Below, piece by piece: positions 1 to 15,071 of a DNA stretch of 64,000 nt. The translations under genes and the position numbers were made by a program. Every line of letters starts with the position of its first letter. Position 1 is the stretch's first letter. The stretch is from assembly GCA_034521595.1 (NCBI GenBank), contig JAXHMG010000003.1, positions 1 to 64,000 of the forward strand, given 5' to 3'. This DNA is from Gemmatimonadota bacterium (GTDB taxonomy: Bacteria; Gemmatimonadota; Gemmatimonadetes; Longimicrobiales; Gaopeijiaceae). A model generated the notes under the pieces. The model was not told where the DNA came from, searched no databases, and saw only the letters and a program-made list of their open reading frames with translations.

Positions 1-169
1 AGTTCCGGCACGACCCGACCGGCCTGAGGGAACAGCGTGATCCGTTCCGTGGCTTCGAAGAGAGCGCTCGGCCACCAATCGACCGTAACGAGGCGAGTCG
101 CGTTCGATGAACTGGCGGATCGAGCAGAAGATCCTCGACCGCTTGTTCGGTCCACCGGAGCTGGGTCAA
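1..169 (-). CDS. RelE/ParE family toxin (partial at window edge, frameshifted)
   Basis: Manual translation MTQLRWTEQAVEDL..IRQFIERDSPRYG..FPQAGRVVPE; overlaps the antitoxin stop codon. Confidence 0.7.
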   Translation of the reverse strand, partial: MTQLRWTEQAVEDLLLDPPVHRTRLASLRSIGGRALSSKPRNGSRCSLRPVGSCRN

Positions 170-348
170 TCGAGGATACGGCGCCGCGCTTCGTCGTGGC
201 TCACAGTCTGACCCGTATCCGCTTGGCGCATCCCTTCATCGATCTTGGCCAGGAAGTACAACCGCTCCATCGCGTCTTCGACGGTCGCGTCGTCAGGGAG
301 ATCGCGCACGGCGTCGATCATGCGTTCTTTTGCCTTGGATTCGGCCAC
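166..348 (-). CDS. Putative antitoxin paired with RelE/ParE
   Basis: AKERMIDAVRDLPDDATVEDAMERLYFLAKIDEGMRQAD..VSHDEA, directly upstream of the toxin. Confidence 0.7.
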   Translation of the reverse strand: MAESKAKERMIDAVRDLPDDATVEDAMERLYFLAKIDEGMRQADTGQTVSHDEARRRILD

Positions 349-605
349 TCTCGGATCTCGGAAAGGGACAACTCGCTCGAAAACTGCCGACGCCATCTCT
401 CGACGCCAGCCGACTCCTTCCCGACTACCCCGGGGAAGTGCCGAGGTCTTGACCCCGTATTTCGCCGTCCTCCGCCATCGTCCAGGGATCGCTTACTTCG
501 CGAAGGGCAGGGAGCACGTCTCCCTCGAGATGTACGGCCAGGGTCTGATCCGCACGCCACCGCAGCTTCCGGTTGGCGAACCGCTTGTCCCGTTTTTCGC
601 TGTCG

Positions 606-632
606 GCCGCGGAGCCGGCAACATGCTTGTTA
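606..632 (-). repeat. Partial attC-like site (right-hand end only)
   Basis: ggccgcggagccggcaacatgcttgtta matches the repeat tail. The following gttatgagacgtcgccc is inverted to gggcgatgtctcataac ending at 1536. Confidence 0.75.
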
Positions 633-670
633 TGAGACGTCGCCCCCACCGCCTCGTTTCCCAGCAATCC

Positions 671-1247
671 TCAACGTTCTGGTGCCTCTGGACCGGACCT
701 TCTCAGCACCGAGTCCCATTCGGCTTGGAGTCCGAGCTCAGCGACCGATTTATCGAGATAAGCCCGATCCAACTGATCCCTACGCTGCTCTAGCATTCGA
801 ACGACGTCCGCTCGTTGAAGCTCGGAATCTCCCATCCGGGCCCACTCGAGCTTTGCGATCAGCACGTCCTCAAGACTCGCCAATGAGACTTCGATACCGA
901 GCAGATCAGCACGCTCGCGACGCTCGAATTCGGTTCTACTGAAGGAGCGATCCTTTCGGACGATCAGGTCGATCTTCCATCCCGATTCCGGATCGATCGC
1001 GTTGAACTGACCTTGCGTACGCCACGCATCGAGGGCGGCGTCCCGATCGACGTAGAGGCCGGCGTCCAAGAACCCCTGGACCAGCTTGTCCAGCCCCTGG
1101 TTCCTGGGTATCGATGACCACGTCGATATCCTGCGTGGCGCGAGGCGTGGCATAGTAGGCTGCAGCGAGTGAACCCGTGAGCATGTAGGGTACGCCAGCG
1201 CTTTCAAGAATTTCAGCGACCCGTTGCAGGAAGGAAGTGATGCTCAC
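671..1247 (-). CDS. Nucleotidyltransferase-fold toxin (MenT/Rv0078A-like), frameshifted
   Basis: VPYMLTGSLAAAYYATPRATQDIDVVID motif, then FNAID..KIDLIV..SLEDVLIAKLEW in a second frame. Confidence 0.7.
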
Positions 1248-1475
1248 TTCTCGGTGGGCAACTCGATCCCGTAGTCCTCCGCCACGAGTCGAGCGACAAC
1301 CTCCCGGGAGCTGAGTCAGGATGTCTGGCTCGCAGCCCAGCGAGACGGATCTCCCGGACCGTATCACTGAGTTCCAGGGCTGCCCGCAGGCGTGCCGGAC
1401 CATCCATTCGGTCCAAGACGGCATTGTACCTGGTCCATGCTTCCGGGTCGGTATCCAGGGGGCGTGAGGATCATG
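1240..1475 (-). CDS. Small antitoxin-like protein (Rv0078B/MenA1-like)
   Basis: RPLDTDPEAW..RMDGPARLRAALELSDTVREIRLAGLRARHP, upstream of the NTase; start uncertain. Confidence 0.55.
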
Positions 1476-1532
1476 CTCAAGATCTTAAACCCGCCAACAG
1501 GTACCTGCATGTACCGCACGGGCGATGTCTCA

Positions 1533-1681
1533 TAACGTTCAGATGTTTCCGACGTGGCCCCAGCACAGTCGGCTCACAGACTGGCCCCAGTCGGACACGC
1601 GCCACTCCGTTCACACGCGAAATCCTCCGGGCCATGTCGGTCGGAGCGACCGCAGGGAGCGGAGCCGGCAACACGTTGTTA
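1533..1681 (-). repeat. attC-like site
   Basis: taacgttcagatgtttccgacgtggccc...ggccatgtcggtcggagcgaccgcagggagcggagccggcaacacgttgtta. Confidence 0.9.
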
Positions 1682-1759
1682 TAGGACGTGGACTCGTCGA
1701 CGATCCTCCTGATCGATCCCGAAGAACACCCCATCCCCTCCGAACCTCCTTCAAAGAAA

Positions 1760-1960
1760 GCGACAGGCTTCTGAGCTCGGCTCCTTCGGCACGTGCAACC
1801 TGCTCCTCTTCGCACTCGGTGCAGAGGCCGTGGGTGACGTCCGTATCTCCCACCTTCTTCAGGTATGCACTGATGCCTTCCCATATCCCATTCTCCGTTT
1901 GGATGCGACCGCGGAAGGTCGAAGGCCGGGAGCCCGCACAGGCGTTGTTATCCGCTGCGC
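1760..1960 (-). pseudogene. C-terminal remnant of the PAS-domain cassette protein (paralog of 29120-29664)
   Basis: GRIQTENGIWEGISAYLKKVGDTDVTHGLCTEC is nearly identical to the C-terminus of the 29120 ORF. Confidence 0.7.
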
Positions 1961-2106
1961 CAAAGCCGGTCGCATATCGTCGGTTTGCGCAGGCTCCCCA
2001 AGACATCTCGTCGTGTCCCTGATCGATCGCTCGTGCAACCCGTGGCTCTACTCCGAGTCACGTGCGAGACGTCAGTGCCGTCTTCATGTCCTTCTCCCGC
2101 GTTCCC

Positions 2107-3220
2107 TCAGGCCGTGGGAAGGGCCACGCGGAACTCTGCTCCGCGACCAGGCCTGCTCTCGACCGATATCGAGCCACCATGGGCCTCGGCAATCGACTTG
2201 CAAATGTAGAGGCCGAGGCCGAGCCCGCGCTTCGGGTCCTCATCGGCTTTCCGGAATCGCTCGAAGACATGCGGCAGGTCCTCTGGCTTGATGCCCGGAC
2301 CGCTGTTCCGCACGACGAGCACGACCTCCCCTTCGTGGTCCTCGGCGCACAACTCTACCACCCCGCCGATCGGCGTGAACTTCAACGCGTTGCCCAGAAG
2401 GTTCGAGAGCAACTGAACGACTCGGTCGTGATCGAAGCGAACGAGCACTTCACCCGTCGGCAACTCGACGTGGAAGCGGATCCCCCGGTTCGCGAAAATC
2501 GGTCGATAGGAGTGCAGCACTTCGGATAGCAGGGCGCCAACATCGTGGATGTCCTTGGTGACCCGAAGCGCTCCCGTCTCGATGCGCACCACGTCCATCA
2601 GATCCTCCAGGAGGCGTCCCATGCGGGTCGCCGCGCCCAGGATATCCTCGGCCGCCTCGCGCGTTGCATCTTCCTTCGTATCTTCCAGCAGGAGGGTCGA
2701 ATTCGCAGCGATCACGGTGAGTGGGCTTCGAAGATCATGCGTGACGATTTCCAGCAGCTCATGCCTACGCTCGAGGGCGGCCAGGGAAAGGTCTGACCCG
2801 GTCCGCTCCTTGGCCAGACTCGCATTGGTTTCACCCCGCTGCGCCTTCCGTTCGTCGCGCTCCTCATCCAACTCCCGCTGCTTCGCCGCCGAGCGCGCAT
2901 CCACCCGACCCCGCTCGCGCTCGAGCAGGGCGTCGGAAGCCTCGCGCTCAGCCTGAATGCTCTCGTCCGCGCTTTCACGCTCGTGTTCCACACCCCGGCT
3001 TGCGGGCGGGGAAGCGAGGCGATCCAGTTCGATCAGGCGATCCGCCTTCTCGCGGAACTTGAACAGGCGGTCGTCTGCGAGGAAGCGGTCGAGTTCAATG
3101 AGTTTGTCGAGGCGACGTCGCACCTCGTCGGTGACCGCATCCGCTCCGGTGCGTTCCGCATCCAGGCTCGCATCGGTCCGCTCGCGATCCTCCGTGTGGT
3201 TCTCTGCCGTTTTTTCTCAA
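2107..3220 (-). CDS. Sensor histidine kinase (HisKA + HATPase)
   Basis: H-box VTHDLRSPL, N-box NLLGNALKFT, G-boxes NSGPGI and GLGLGLYI. Start is inferred near 3220 across a homopolymer frameshift. Confidence 0.9.
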
Positions 3221-3455
3221 TTCGTACCTCCGGGGCTTAGCCGGACACGATTGATCAATCGGACGATCGCGATCGCGATCGACGGGTAAGGTGGAACTGG
3301 GAAGGCTCGCGAGGGTTCGGCGGAGCAAGTCGTCGTTGATCGATAGCGTCATCGGTATCCTCTGAAGATATCGGTACATTGACGGCTTACGGGACCGATC
3401 CGCAATCTCCCGTTTCCTCGTCGGCCCGTTCACCCGTCGACGAGTCCATGTTCGA

Positions 3456-3467
3456 TAACCGTTGTTA
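3456..3467 (-). repeat. Collapsed attC-like site (TAAC-CGTT-GTTA)
   Basis: Preceded by cgacgagtccatgttcga, the same cassette end that precedes the full site at 29765. Confidence 0.65.
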
Positions 3468-3599
3468 TACGCAGTGGCGCAGCACCCTTCCCGCTCGCAC
3501 TGAACCCCTTCATCATTCTCTGCGAAGCTCGGTCAATTCTCGAATACGAGCCAAGGTCCGAGAGATCAGACCCGGAATGCGCTCTGCATCGGGCAACGC

Positions 3600-4108
3600 A
3601 CCCTGGATCGCGAACGTCCTGGACAAGCTGCCGAAGCGGCTGCAGGGGGCGGCGAAGGACGCGCTGCGGGAGATCATGAACGCGCCGACGCGTGCGGACG
3701 CCGAGGCGGGGATCGACCGCTTCGAGGCCGACTACGGAGCGAAGTACCCGAAGGCGGTCACCTCGCTGCGTCGCGACCAGGACAAGCTCCTGACGTTCTA
3801 CGACTTCCCGGCCGAGCACTGGAAGCACATCCGCACGACGAACCCGATCGAGTCGACGTTCGCGACGGTCCGGCTACGGCAGCGGATCACGAAGGGGCCG
3901 GGCTCGAGGAAGCGAGGCCTCACGATGGCCTTCAAGCTGATCCAGATGGCCCAGGACCGATGGAGAAGGCTGAACGCGCCGCACCTCCTCCCGCTCGTGC
4001 GGGCAGGCGTTCAGTTCAGCGATGGAGAGCAGGTCGAGCGGGAGGACAACGACGAACGGAAGGTCGCCGCCTGATCACGTCCCCATCCACAACTTTTGAC
4101 AATACCTC
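3600..4108 (+). mobile_element. IS256-family transposase, C-terminal remnant with right end
   Basis: LLTFYDFPAEHWKHIRTTNPIESTFATVRLR; end sequence atccacaacttttgacaatacctc. Confidence 0.85.
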
Positions 4109-4242
4109 GCGGCCAGTTCAGTAGGGCAAATCCCGCCAGTAAGACCAACGTGATCCAGGTGATCCAATGTCCAATGCGTGTCATGTCACGACCCTCCCAG
4201 AGAGGAATTTGTGTTCGGGTCCAGCTCGGACGCGGCTGCCGG

Positions 4243-5539
4243 CTACACCCCCTGGCCCGGGAGCAGGAAGGTCGCGGCCATCAGCGTGACCGTCAGTACC
4301 AGGCCGAGCCACGGCAGCCAGCGAGGGGTGTCGAACGGCGCCTCTGGCTCACGTCGCTCGAGCCGGATCAGGGCGAGGTTCGAGGTGGCGAAGATGATGA
4401 GCATGATGAAGCTCGTGATCGCCGCCAGGCGCTCCAGCGGCAGCGCGACCGCCAGGAGCAGCGCGATCGCGGCCGCGGCGACGGTGCCTGCGGCCGGGGT
4501 GTTGGTCCGCGACCAGATCCGCGCCAGCGGTCCCGGTGCGGCACCGCGCTGGCCGAGGTCATACATCACGCGCGACGCCATGATGATCTGCGCGAGTGCG
4601 CCGTTCAGGACGATCCAGAGGCTGAGCACCGCGACCGACCATCCCGGGATCCCCGTGCCCTCGATGGCAGCGACCAACGGCGCGGGTGAGGCCTGCAGCT
4701 CGTCGGGCGTCGCGAGCGACAGGGCGGCGGCGGCCACGATGACGTAGAGGACCAGGGCGATCCCGATGGCGCCGGCGATGGCCCTGGGCAGGTTCCGGGC
4801 GGGACGCCGGACCTCCTCGGCCATGTGCACCATGTCCTCGAATCCGATGAAGGCGTAGATGGCCAGGAAGGTCGCGGAGGCCACCCCGATCAGGACGGGC
4901 AGGTCGGTGAGCGGCGGTGCCGCCTCCAGGACGCGCAACGGTTGAGCCGCAGGGCTGAAGATCGCCGCTCCGACCACGAGGAGCAGACCGAGCATGCCGA
5001 GTCCGGTGGTGGTGGCCATGAACCATGGCGGACTGCTTGGCGCCCAGGATCGCGATGGTGGCGAGCGTGGTCAGCAGGGCCGTGTGGACGAGGGGGTCGG
5101 GGACGTCGACGAAGGTCGAGAGGTAGCCGGCGAACCCGGTCGTGATGGTCGCGGCCGAGACGACCCCGGTGGCGACGATCGCCCACCCGATGGAGACCGA
5201 GAGCCAGCGCAGATCGAAGGCGGTGCTGACGTAGGCGGTCGGGCCACCGGCACGGGGCAGCCGCGTCGACAGTTCCGCGTAGGCCATCCCGTTGAACATC
5301 GCCACGCTGGCGGCGAGCAGGAACGCCAACGGCGCCCAGTACCCGGCGATGCCGGCGATCTCGCCGATCAGCACGTAGATGCCGGCGCCGAGGATCGTGC
5401 CCGCGCCGTAGATGGTCAGCAGCCCAGCCCCGATCTCCCGGGCCAGTCCGTTCTCACGACGGATGTCGTCACCGTCGGGGGTCGTCATCTCGCCTCCGTC
5501 GGACCGGTCGGTCCTCGCCCCCCGGGGCCGATCGGACAT
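4243..5539 (-). CDS. APC-family amino acid permease (frameshift near 5020)
   Basis: GAGTILGAGIYVL, YAELSTRLPRAGG, YAFIGFED, AEEVRRP motifs. Confidence 0.85.
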
Positions 5540-5939
5540 GTTGCGCGCCCAGCATCCCGGTGGCAGGATCGCTCAGGGACTCGGGGGTCGACCACACGAC
5601 AACGGTCTTCGAGGACCTACGAGCGAGCAGTCGTTCGAGCTCGAGCTCGGACGTGCCGGGTCGAAGCCGCGCGGGCGGGCTATCGGGGTGGTCGGCGTGC
5701 TCCGACTCCGTGGCCATCGTGTCGGCGCAGCTCAGCTTGATCCCGATCCCGGCCGTGCTCGCGCGTTGTTACCGGCGACGCTGCTCGGCCACCGGTCTCC
5801 TCCCGGCTGAAGGGCTGGGGAGCGCCGGACGTCCTGGCTGCGCTGGCATCGACGCCGTTGGCGCTGCTCGCCGTCGGTGCGGTCGTCGTGGCGATGGTGC
5901 CCCTGGTGGCGGCGGACCTCCCGGAGCTCACGGAGTCGG

Positions 5940-6125
5940 CCACCCACGGTATCGAACAGATCGAGCGGGGGTTGTCGCGAATCTGCTCGCCGAGGGAAGG
6001 CCGATCCCCGTCATGGACGCTCTGATCGTAGCCCGGCGCTCCAGCATTCCGAGCCGATCGTCACCCGTGACGCGGAGCAGCACTTTGGCCGCATCGACGG
6101 GCTTGTCGTGCTCGACCATCGGGCG
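5940..6125 (+). pseudogene. PIN-domain (VapC-like) fragment
   Basis: LLAEGRPIPVMDALIVA...PIVTRDAEQHFGRIDGL across two frames. Confidence 0.55.
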
Positions 6126-6142
6126 CGGTGGGCCGGAGCACG

Positions 6143-6799
6143 TCACAAGGTACTCGGTGGCAGCAACCCGCCAGTGCGTAGCCCCTCGTACTCGTCGAGG
6201 CGTTTCGCCGCCTCGGCCTGCGACTTCGGCGGCGGGATGATCACGCGGCTGCCGATCAGATCGTTCTCCGGCCAGTTCGCGGGCACCGCGACGCCGTTGT
6301 CGTCGGCGGTAATGAGCGCGTTCGTCGCGCGGACGATCTCGTCCATGTTGCGGCCGATCTCCTGCGGGTAGTAGAGCGTCAATCTGACCTTACCCTTTGG
6401 ATCGACGATGAAGACCGCACGTACGGTGTTCGTGCCCTTGCCCGGGTGCAGCATGCCGAGCTTGTCCGCGATCGTGTCGTTGCGCCGCGATCACCGGGAA
6501 GGTGATCTCCACGTCGAGCTTCTCCTTGATCCACTCGATCCACTTGATGTGGCTGAACACCTGGTCGACCGACATAACCGATCGAGCTTCACGCCCATCT
6601 CCTCGAACTGCTTCATCCGGTTCTGAAAGCCGACGAACTCGGTCGTGCAGACCGGGGTGAAGTCGGCGGGGTGGCTGAACACAATAAACCAGTTGCCCTT
6701 CATGTCACCCGGCAGGTTCATCTCGCCGTGGGTCGTTGTGACGGTCATCTCGGGGAAATCGTCGCCAAGCAGCGGCATGTTTGTTGTTCTCTCGCTCAT
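6143..6799 (-). CDS. Peroxiredoxin (Prx6/AhpC type), frameshifted
   Basis: [39 protein letters not shown] across three frames. Confidence 0.9.
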
Positions 6800-6864
6800 A
6801 TGAAATCCTTGTCGTTTGGGTATAAGCATCGTTGGGGCAGCGCGTCCGTGACCGGAGGAGATGT

Positions 6865-7033
6865 AATGCGGAGGCTGGCCCGAGCGAGCAGTTGGCGTAC
6901 TCCGCGGGGCGGGACACTCTGGGATTTGCGGGAGCCCAGCAGTTCCCACCCGAACAGGAGAACGCCGATGGATAGGTATATCGGGCTGGATCCGCATGCG
7001 TCAAGCTGCACGCTGGGGGTGTTGACGCCGAAC
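6865..7033 (+). mobile_element. IS110-family 5' remnant (left noncoding end plus transposase start at 6968)
   Basis: [19 protein letters not shown] is the typical IS110 DEDD N-terminus; cut off by an IS21 end at 7034. Confidence 0.6.
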
Positions 7034-10572
<3,539 letters not shown>

Positions 10573-10589
10573 GGGTGCGTACGGGTGTC

Positions 10590-10843
10590 CCTGGACACGT
10601 GTACACGACGAACGCGATCGAGGCGATGAACGCCCAGCTCCGGAAGGTGACCAAGAAGCGCGGCGCGTTCCCGAACCCCGAGGCGGTGCGGAAAGTGCTC
10701 TATCTCGCCATCATGAAAGCGAGTGAGCGATGGACCCGGCCCGTACAGGACTGGCCCGCCGCGCTGAACCACTTCGCGCTGGCGTTCCCGGACCGCGTTC
10801 CGGCGTGATGAAGCGGCCATTTACACAGAAAATCTGACAGGCC
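10590..10843 (+). mobile_element. IS256-family C-terminal remnant with right end
   Basis: VYTTNAIEAMNAQLRKVTKKRGAFPN..VRKVLYLA; end sequence atttacacagaaaatctgacaggcc. Confidence 0.85.
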
Positions 10844-10899
10844 GACCGTTTCACCACTGCTCCTTCAGCCGCAAGGCTCGTCCTTCATCTCCTTCGATG

Positions 10900-11675
10900 A
10901 CCATCCGATGCCTCACGAAACTTTAAACGCCCTGAAATCGACGGGCCAGCACGAGCATCTGGAACGCGAGCATGGCCGTAAGGGCGAGTGCCACGACCGT
11001 CGCGGCGGATTCACTTTTCACGTCCTTCAGTGCGTCGGCGAACAATTCGGCGAAAGACGATCCAGATCATCGCGCCGGCCGGCAAGCCCCAACCCGATGG
11101 GCAGAAAGGGGCGGAACGTCTCGGCGAAGAGAGTAGGGCAGGCGCGGTCACGATCCGGTCGCGGCAGGCCCCGCCGAGAACCGCCCGCAGCGCGGCCTGC
11201 CAGACGGGCGCGCGCCGCGTGCACCAGAACCAGCGCGATGGCAAGCCCCTCAGGCACGTTGTGAAGAGCAATCGCGGTGGTGATGAAGACGCCCAGCGCC
11301 TTCCGCTGCCGGCAAAGGGCACGCCGACACCGACGCCCTCGGCGAAGGAGTGCGCCGTCATGATCGCCAAGGATCAGCAGGGCCTTGGTGGCGTTCGCGC
11401 CCTGCAGACTCGTGCGACATCAACGTCCCCGGACTTCGCCAGCAGCCGGTACGGCCGCAACTATGGCGCCAACCCCGGTCGACACGCCAACGAGCAGTCA
11501 GCTTGATGTCGATGCGAACGCCCTCGGCGATCGGGCTGTGGCTTGCGGCGAGCGTCAGGCCCGCAGCTGCGGCGTTTGACCAACTGATCGTGCGCTTGCC
11601 AGGTCTTCCGCACAAGATAGAAGGCAGCGTGCCGATGGCAGTCACTACTGCCGTGGAGATGTCACCGATGCACAA
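10900..11675 (-). pseudogene. ZIP-family metal transporter, fragmented
   Basis: IMTAHSFAEGVGVGV and PEGLAIALVL motifs in different frames. Confidence 0.7.
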
Positions 11676-11910
11676 CCGAGAAACACGTTTTTTTCCATAA
11701 CAGGCGCGATAGTTTTTGCATGTTGCAGTTGGTTGCTGCAGTAATCGGCGGCTACCCCGTTGTCAATCAATTTGAGATGCTCTTTGCTTGGCGGCTGTCC
11801 ATGCGTCCGAGGAGGCTTCCAGGCGTCGAAGAAGCCTACTTTCCACCTGAGTCGAGCGATTGTCGGTCGCACCTTCGAGCCAGTCGGCCCGGTCAGCCGG
11901 GGCCTGCTAG

Positions 11911-12720
11911 GGCCTGTTAACACTATCGGGGTGATTGGTTATCTTCATGTATGACCATCACCGAAGAACAGTATCAGCGCATCGAGTGGTGTTTCCCGAA
12001 GCAGCGGGGCAACGTCAAGGTCTCGAACCTGGACGTTCTCAACGCCATCCTCTACGTCGCTGAGCACGGATGCAAATGGCGCGGGATCCCTGAGCGATTC
12101 GGGAACTGGCATACGATCTACACCCGGATGAACCGGTGGGCGAAGGACGGAGTGCTGGACCGTATTTTCACGGCCCTGCAGGAAGAGCAGATCATCCAGA
12201 TCAAGATCGAGGCCCTGTCGATGGACAGCTCGATCGTGAAGGTGCACCCCGATGGAACGGGCGCGGAAAAAAAAACGGCCCGCAAGCCATCGGCAAATCG
12301 AGGGGCGGATGGACCACCAAGATTCATCTGGTTGCCGCAGATGCTCGAAGGGCAGTGACGTTCTCGCTTTCGCCAGGCCAAAACCATGATGCTCCCGAGG
12401 GTCGCGAGCTGCTGCGGAGCCTGCCGCCGCCCGACGAGCCCGTGGCCCTCATCATGGATCGCGCGTACGAGGGCGACAAGACCCGCCAGCTGGCCCTGGA
12501 CCTGGGCTACGTCCCTGTCGTGCCACCGAAGACGAACCGCCTGCACCCCTGGAGCCTCAACGAGGCGCTCTATCGTCGCAGGAACGAGATCGAGCGCTTG
12601 TTCCGGCGACTCAAGGGTTTCCGTAGGATCTTCTCGCGCTTCGACAAGCTCGACGTCATGTTCATCGCCTTCATCCATTTCGCCCTGATCGTCGAGGCCC
12701 TTCGATAGTGTTAACAGGCT
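11911..12720 (+). mobile_element. IS5-family (IS427-like) element, two-ORF transposase 11951-12708
   Basis: Inverted repeats ggcctgttaacacta/tagtgttaacaggct flanked by CTAG. A-run frameshift site near 12267; motifs DSSIVKVH, MDRAYEGD, RNEIERLFRRLK. Confidence 0.93.
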
Positions 12721-12928
12721 CTAGGGCGCCCGCCTGGCGAAAGAGTCGCTCGACATCGGACCAACTCACGGTCCGGCTCCCCCCCCCGAGGGCGTCGAAC
12801 AACCACGCGCGAGCGAGCGTCCAGTCGGATTTCACCGTGCGGGGCGAGACCTCGAGGCCTCCGCGGTGTCTCCGACCGTCATGCCGTCGGAGAGCTTCTA
12901 TTTACCTCCGTTCGGGGTCGTCTTGGTG

Positions 12929-13290
12929 TCAGCTTGGCTCTGTGTACCGTGCCGTGGAGGCGGTCCGGGGGACCATAAATCGCATAAAGTTTGAATCGGC
13001 TCTCTGCCTGACATTGGTAATGTTGTGCCAGGTTCCGGCGGGGATGAGCGCTGCCGAGTCCGCACCCACTTCTTCGTCAAAGGTCAATCTGATCTTTGCT
13101 TGGACCCATCGGACAAGCGTCCTTCGCCCTGCCGCCAGACGACAGAACCTGGCCGCGGGGGCTCCAGCGCACTTTTTAACCTGGATATCGCCCCCAGCGG
13201 GGATTGCCATCAGTGTTAGCTGGTGTCTCCCCGGTCCAACGTGTTGTGCGAAAATTGTCATTATCGCACATCTTTTTGATATCGACCAGG
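12929..13290 (-). pseudogene. Cupin-domain protein remnant
   Basis: QLTLMAIPAGGDI...AALIPAGTWHNITN; degenerate. Confidence 0.5.
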
Positions 13291-13699
13291 AGGATTCCGG
13301 TCCATAATCAGTTTTTTCATTCATCATTTTTCTCAGTTGTGCGTGTGATAAATCTGGAGGAGGCGCCCCGCCTCCTCGAGACCGAGGCGGTGGAGATCCT
13401 GCAGCAGGAGCTTGACCCGCCGGTGAGGTACTGGCGGCCGGGCGGGCGCTGAGGACTCCCGGCACCGCGCTGTGAGCGCCGGGCTCACCCGTAACGTAGT
13501 CGCGGGCGACTTCCGGTAGTAGTCCTCGATGAGATGGGCTCGCGCCCCGGATTCGGCCGACATTCTGGTTCAACATCTCCATGCCCGAGTAGTTCCTTCC
13601 CGACAGCCCACCGTACCGCAACACGTTGTCGAAGCCGGCGACACCCCGCCGCAGGGCATCGAAAACCGGGCGGAGCTGTTCGCAGACCGAATTCATCCG

Positions 13700-14195
13700 A
13701 TCAATCAGGCACGCCTCCTTTGAGGACTGACGAGTTCCTCCAGGAACCGCCTCGAGGCACTGAAGGATGACCGCAGGCCAACACAGCATTCGGATCAACC
13801 GGGAGTCCGTCCTGCTTCCACGGTACCACCGCAGGTCCTGAGGATGTAGAAAATGGCGGCACGACCATAGCTAGGAAGGCGAGAACATGCTCCCCACAAA
13901 CCGACCCCCGACCCATCCCGGTGAGTATGCTCCCGAGAGGAGTTTTCTTCTCAGCCCTTGGGCATGATGAAGATGGCAATCGCCAAGCGTATCGATGTCT
14001 CCTTCCCTCGGTGCGGTAACCTCGAGATCGTGAATGGTCGTCGCGGCATCACACCCGACACGGCCCTCCGCCTCGTCCTCTGGCACGTCGGCGAGTTCTG
14101 GCGAAAACGGTCAGTAAGGTAACTGGGACCTCTGGCACGCCCTCCATTCCGATGCCGCCAAGGAACTTAAGCAGATCGAGCCCGTGGTGGCCTGA
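13700..14195 (+). pseudogene. Truncated, degenerate copy of the HigBA cassette
   Basis: Near-identical to ~16990-17477 with many indels. Confidence 0.8.
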
Positions 14196-14267
14196 GGCCT
14201 ATCTCAGAACACCTCCCGTCCAACTCAGCTGCTGGTTACCCCCTTTTACCCCAGGCTCTATGTCATA

Positions 14268-14420
14268 TAACGTTCAGATGTTTCCGACGTGGCCTACCAT
14301 CAGAACCTCCGGAGCCGGCCACCCGTCATGAATACGGCTTAGACGCCCCCGCCGCCACACACGCTCCGGGCCATGTAGGGGGAGTGAGCGTAGCGAACGG
14401 ACCCGGAAACATACTTGTTA
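14268..14420 (-). repeat. attC-like site
   Basis: taacgttcagatgtttccgacgtggcc...ggccatgtagggggagtgagcgtagcgaacggacccggaaacatacttgtta. Confidence 0.9.
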
Positions 14421-14510
14421 TAGGACGTCGAGCCTCTACTCGACCTGCTTGTTCAGGAGTAGCCACCCCAATAACTTATCTGTTATTCATCGCATTCGGG
14501 TGTAGGCAAT

Positions 14511-15071
14511 ATGCCGCTTCCGGCCTTCACAGACCACGGCGTCCTCCCTCCTGGGGACCATCGACTCACGTTCGCTGAGCTGAAGGATTCGGTCCTCGTT
14601 CACGGGCCTGGCACTGCTGAATCCGAACGTTGGGATCCCGACTGGCGCCTCTTCCTCATCGAGCGCGCTGAGATCTTGGTCCAACAGCTCTGGGACGTGG
14701 GCATCGAGGACGTCTATCTCGACGGGTCGTTCGTCGAAGCGAAATCCCACCCGAACGACATCGACGGCTACTTCATCTGTGATGTCTTTGATTTCGCGTC
14801 CGGTGAACTACAGCACAAGCTGAACGCACGCGACCCTCACAAGGTCTGGACCTGGGATCCGGGCGAGCGCCGAGCGTACCGTGATTACGTGAAGAAGCAG
14901 CTCCCGATGTGGCACGTGTACCGAGTCGAGCTCTATCCCCACTACGGCCAGATTTCGGGGATCCAGGATGCACACGGTCACGATCTTTTGTTTCCCTCGG
15001 CCTTCCGGTTACAGAGAAACACCGATGCACCGAAGGGTATCATCCACATCATCCCGGAGGAGAGGACCTGA
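14511..15071 (+). CDS. Nucleotidyltransferase-like protein (DUF6932-like), putative toxin
   Basis: GVLPPGDH, YLDGSFVEAKSHPNDIDG, PKGII motifs. Confidence 0.75.
   Translation: MPLPAFTDHGVLPPGDHRLTFAELKDSVLVHGPGTAESERWDPDWRLFLIERAEILVQQLWDVGIEDVYLDGSFVEAKSHPNDIDGYFICDVFDFASGELQHKLNARDPHKVWTWDPGERRAYRDYVKKQLPMWHVYRVELYPHYGQISGIQDAHGHDLLFPSAFRLQRNTDAPKGIIHIIPEERT

Noticed and set aside
13300-13700. Possible regulator gene remnant
   Set aside because: Too degenerate to assign a family.
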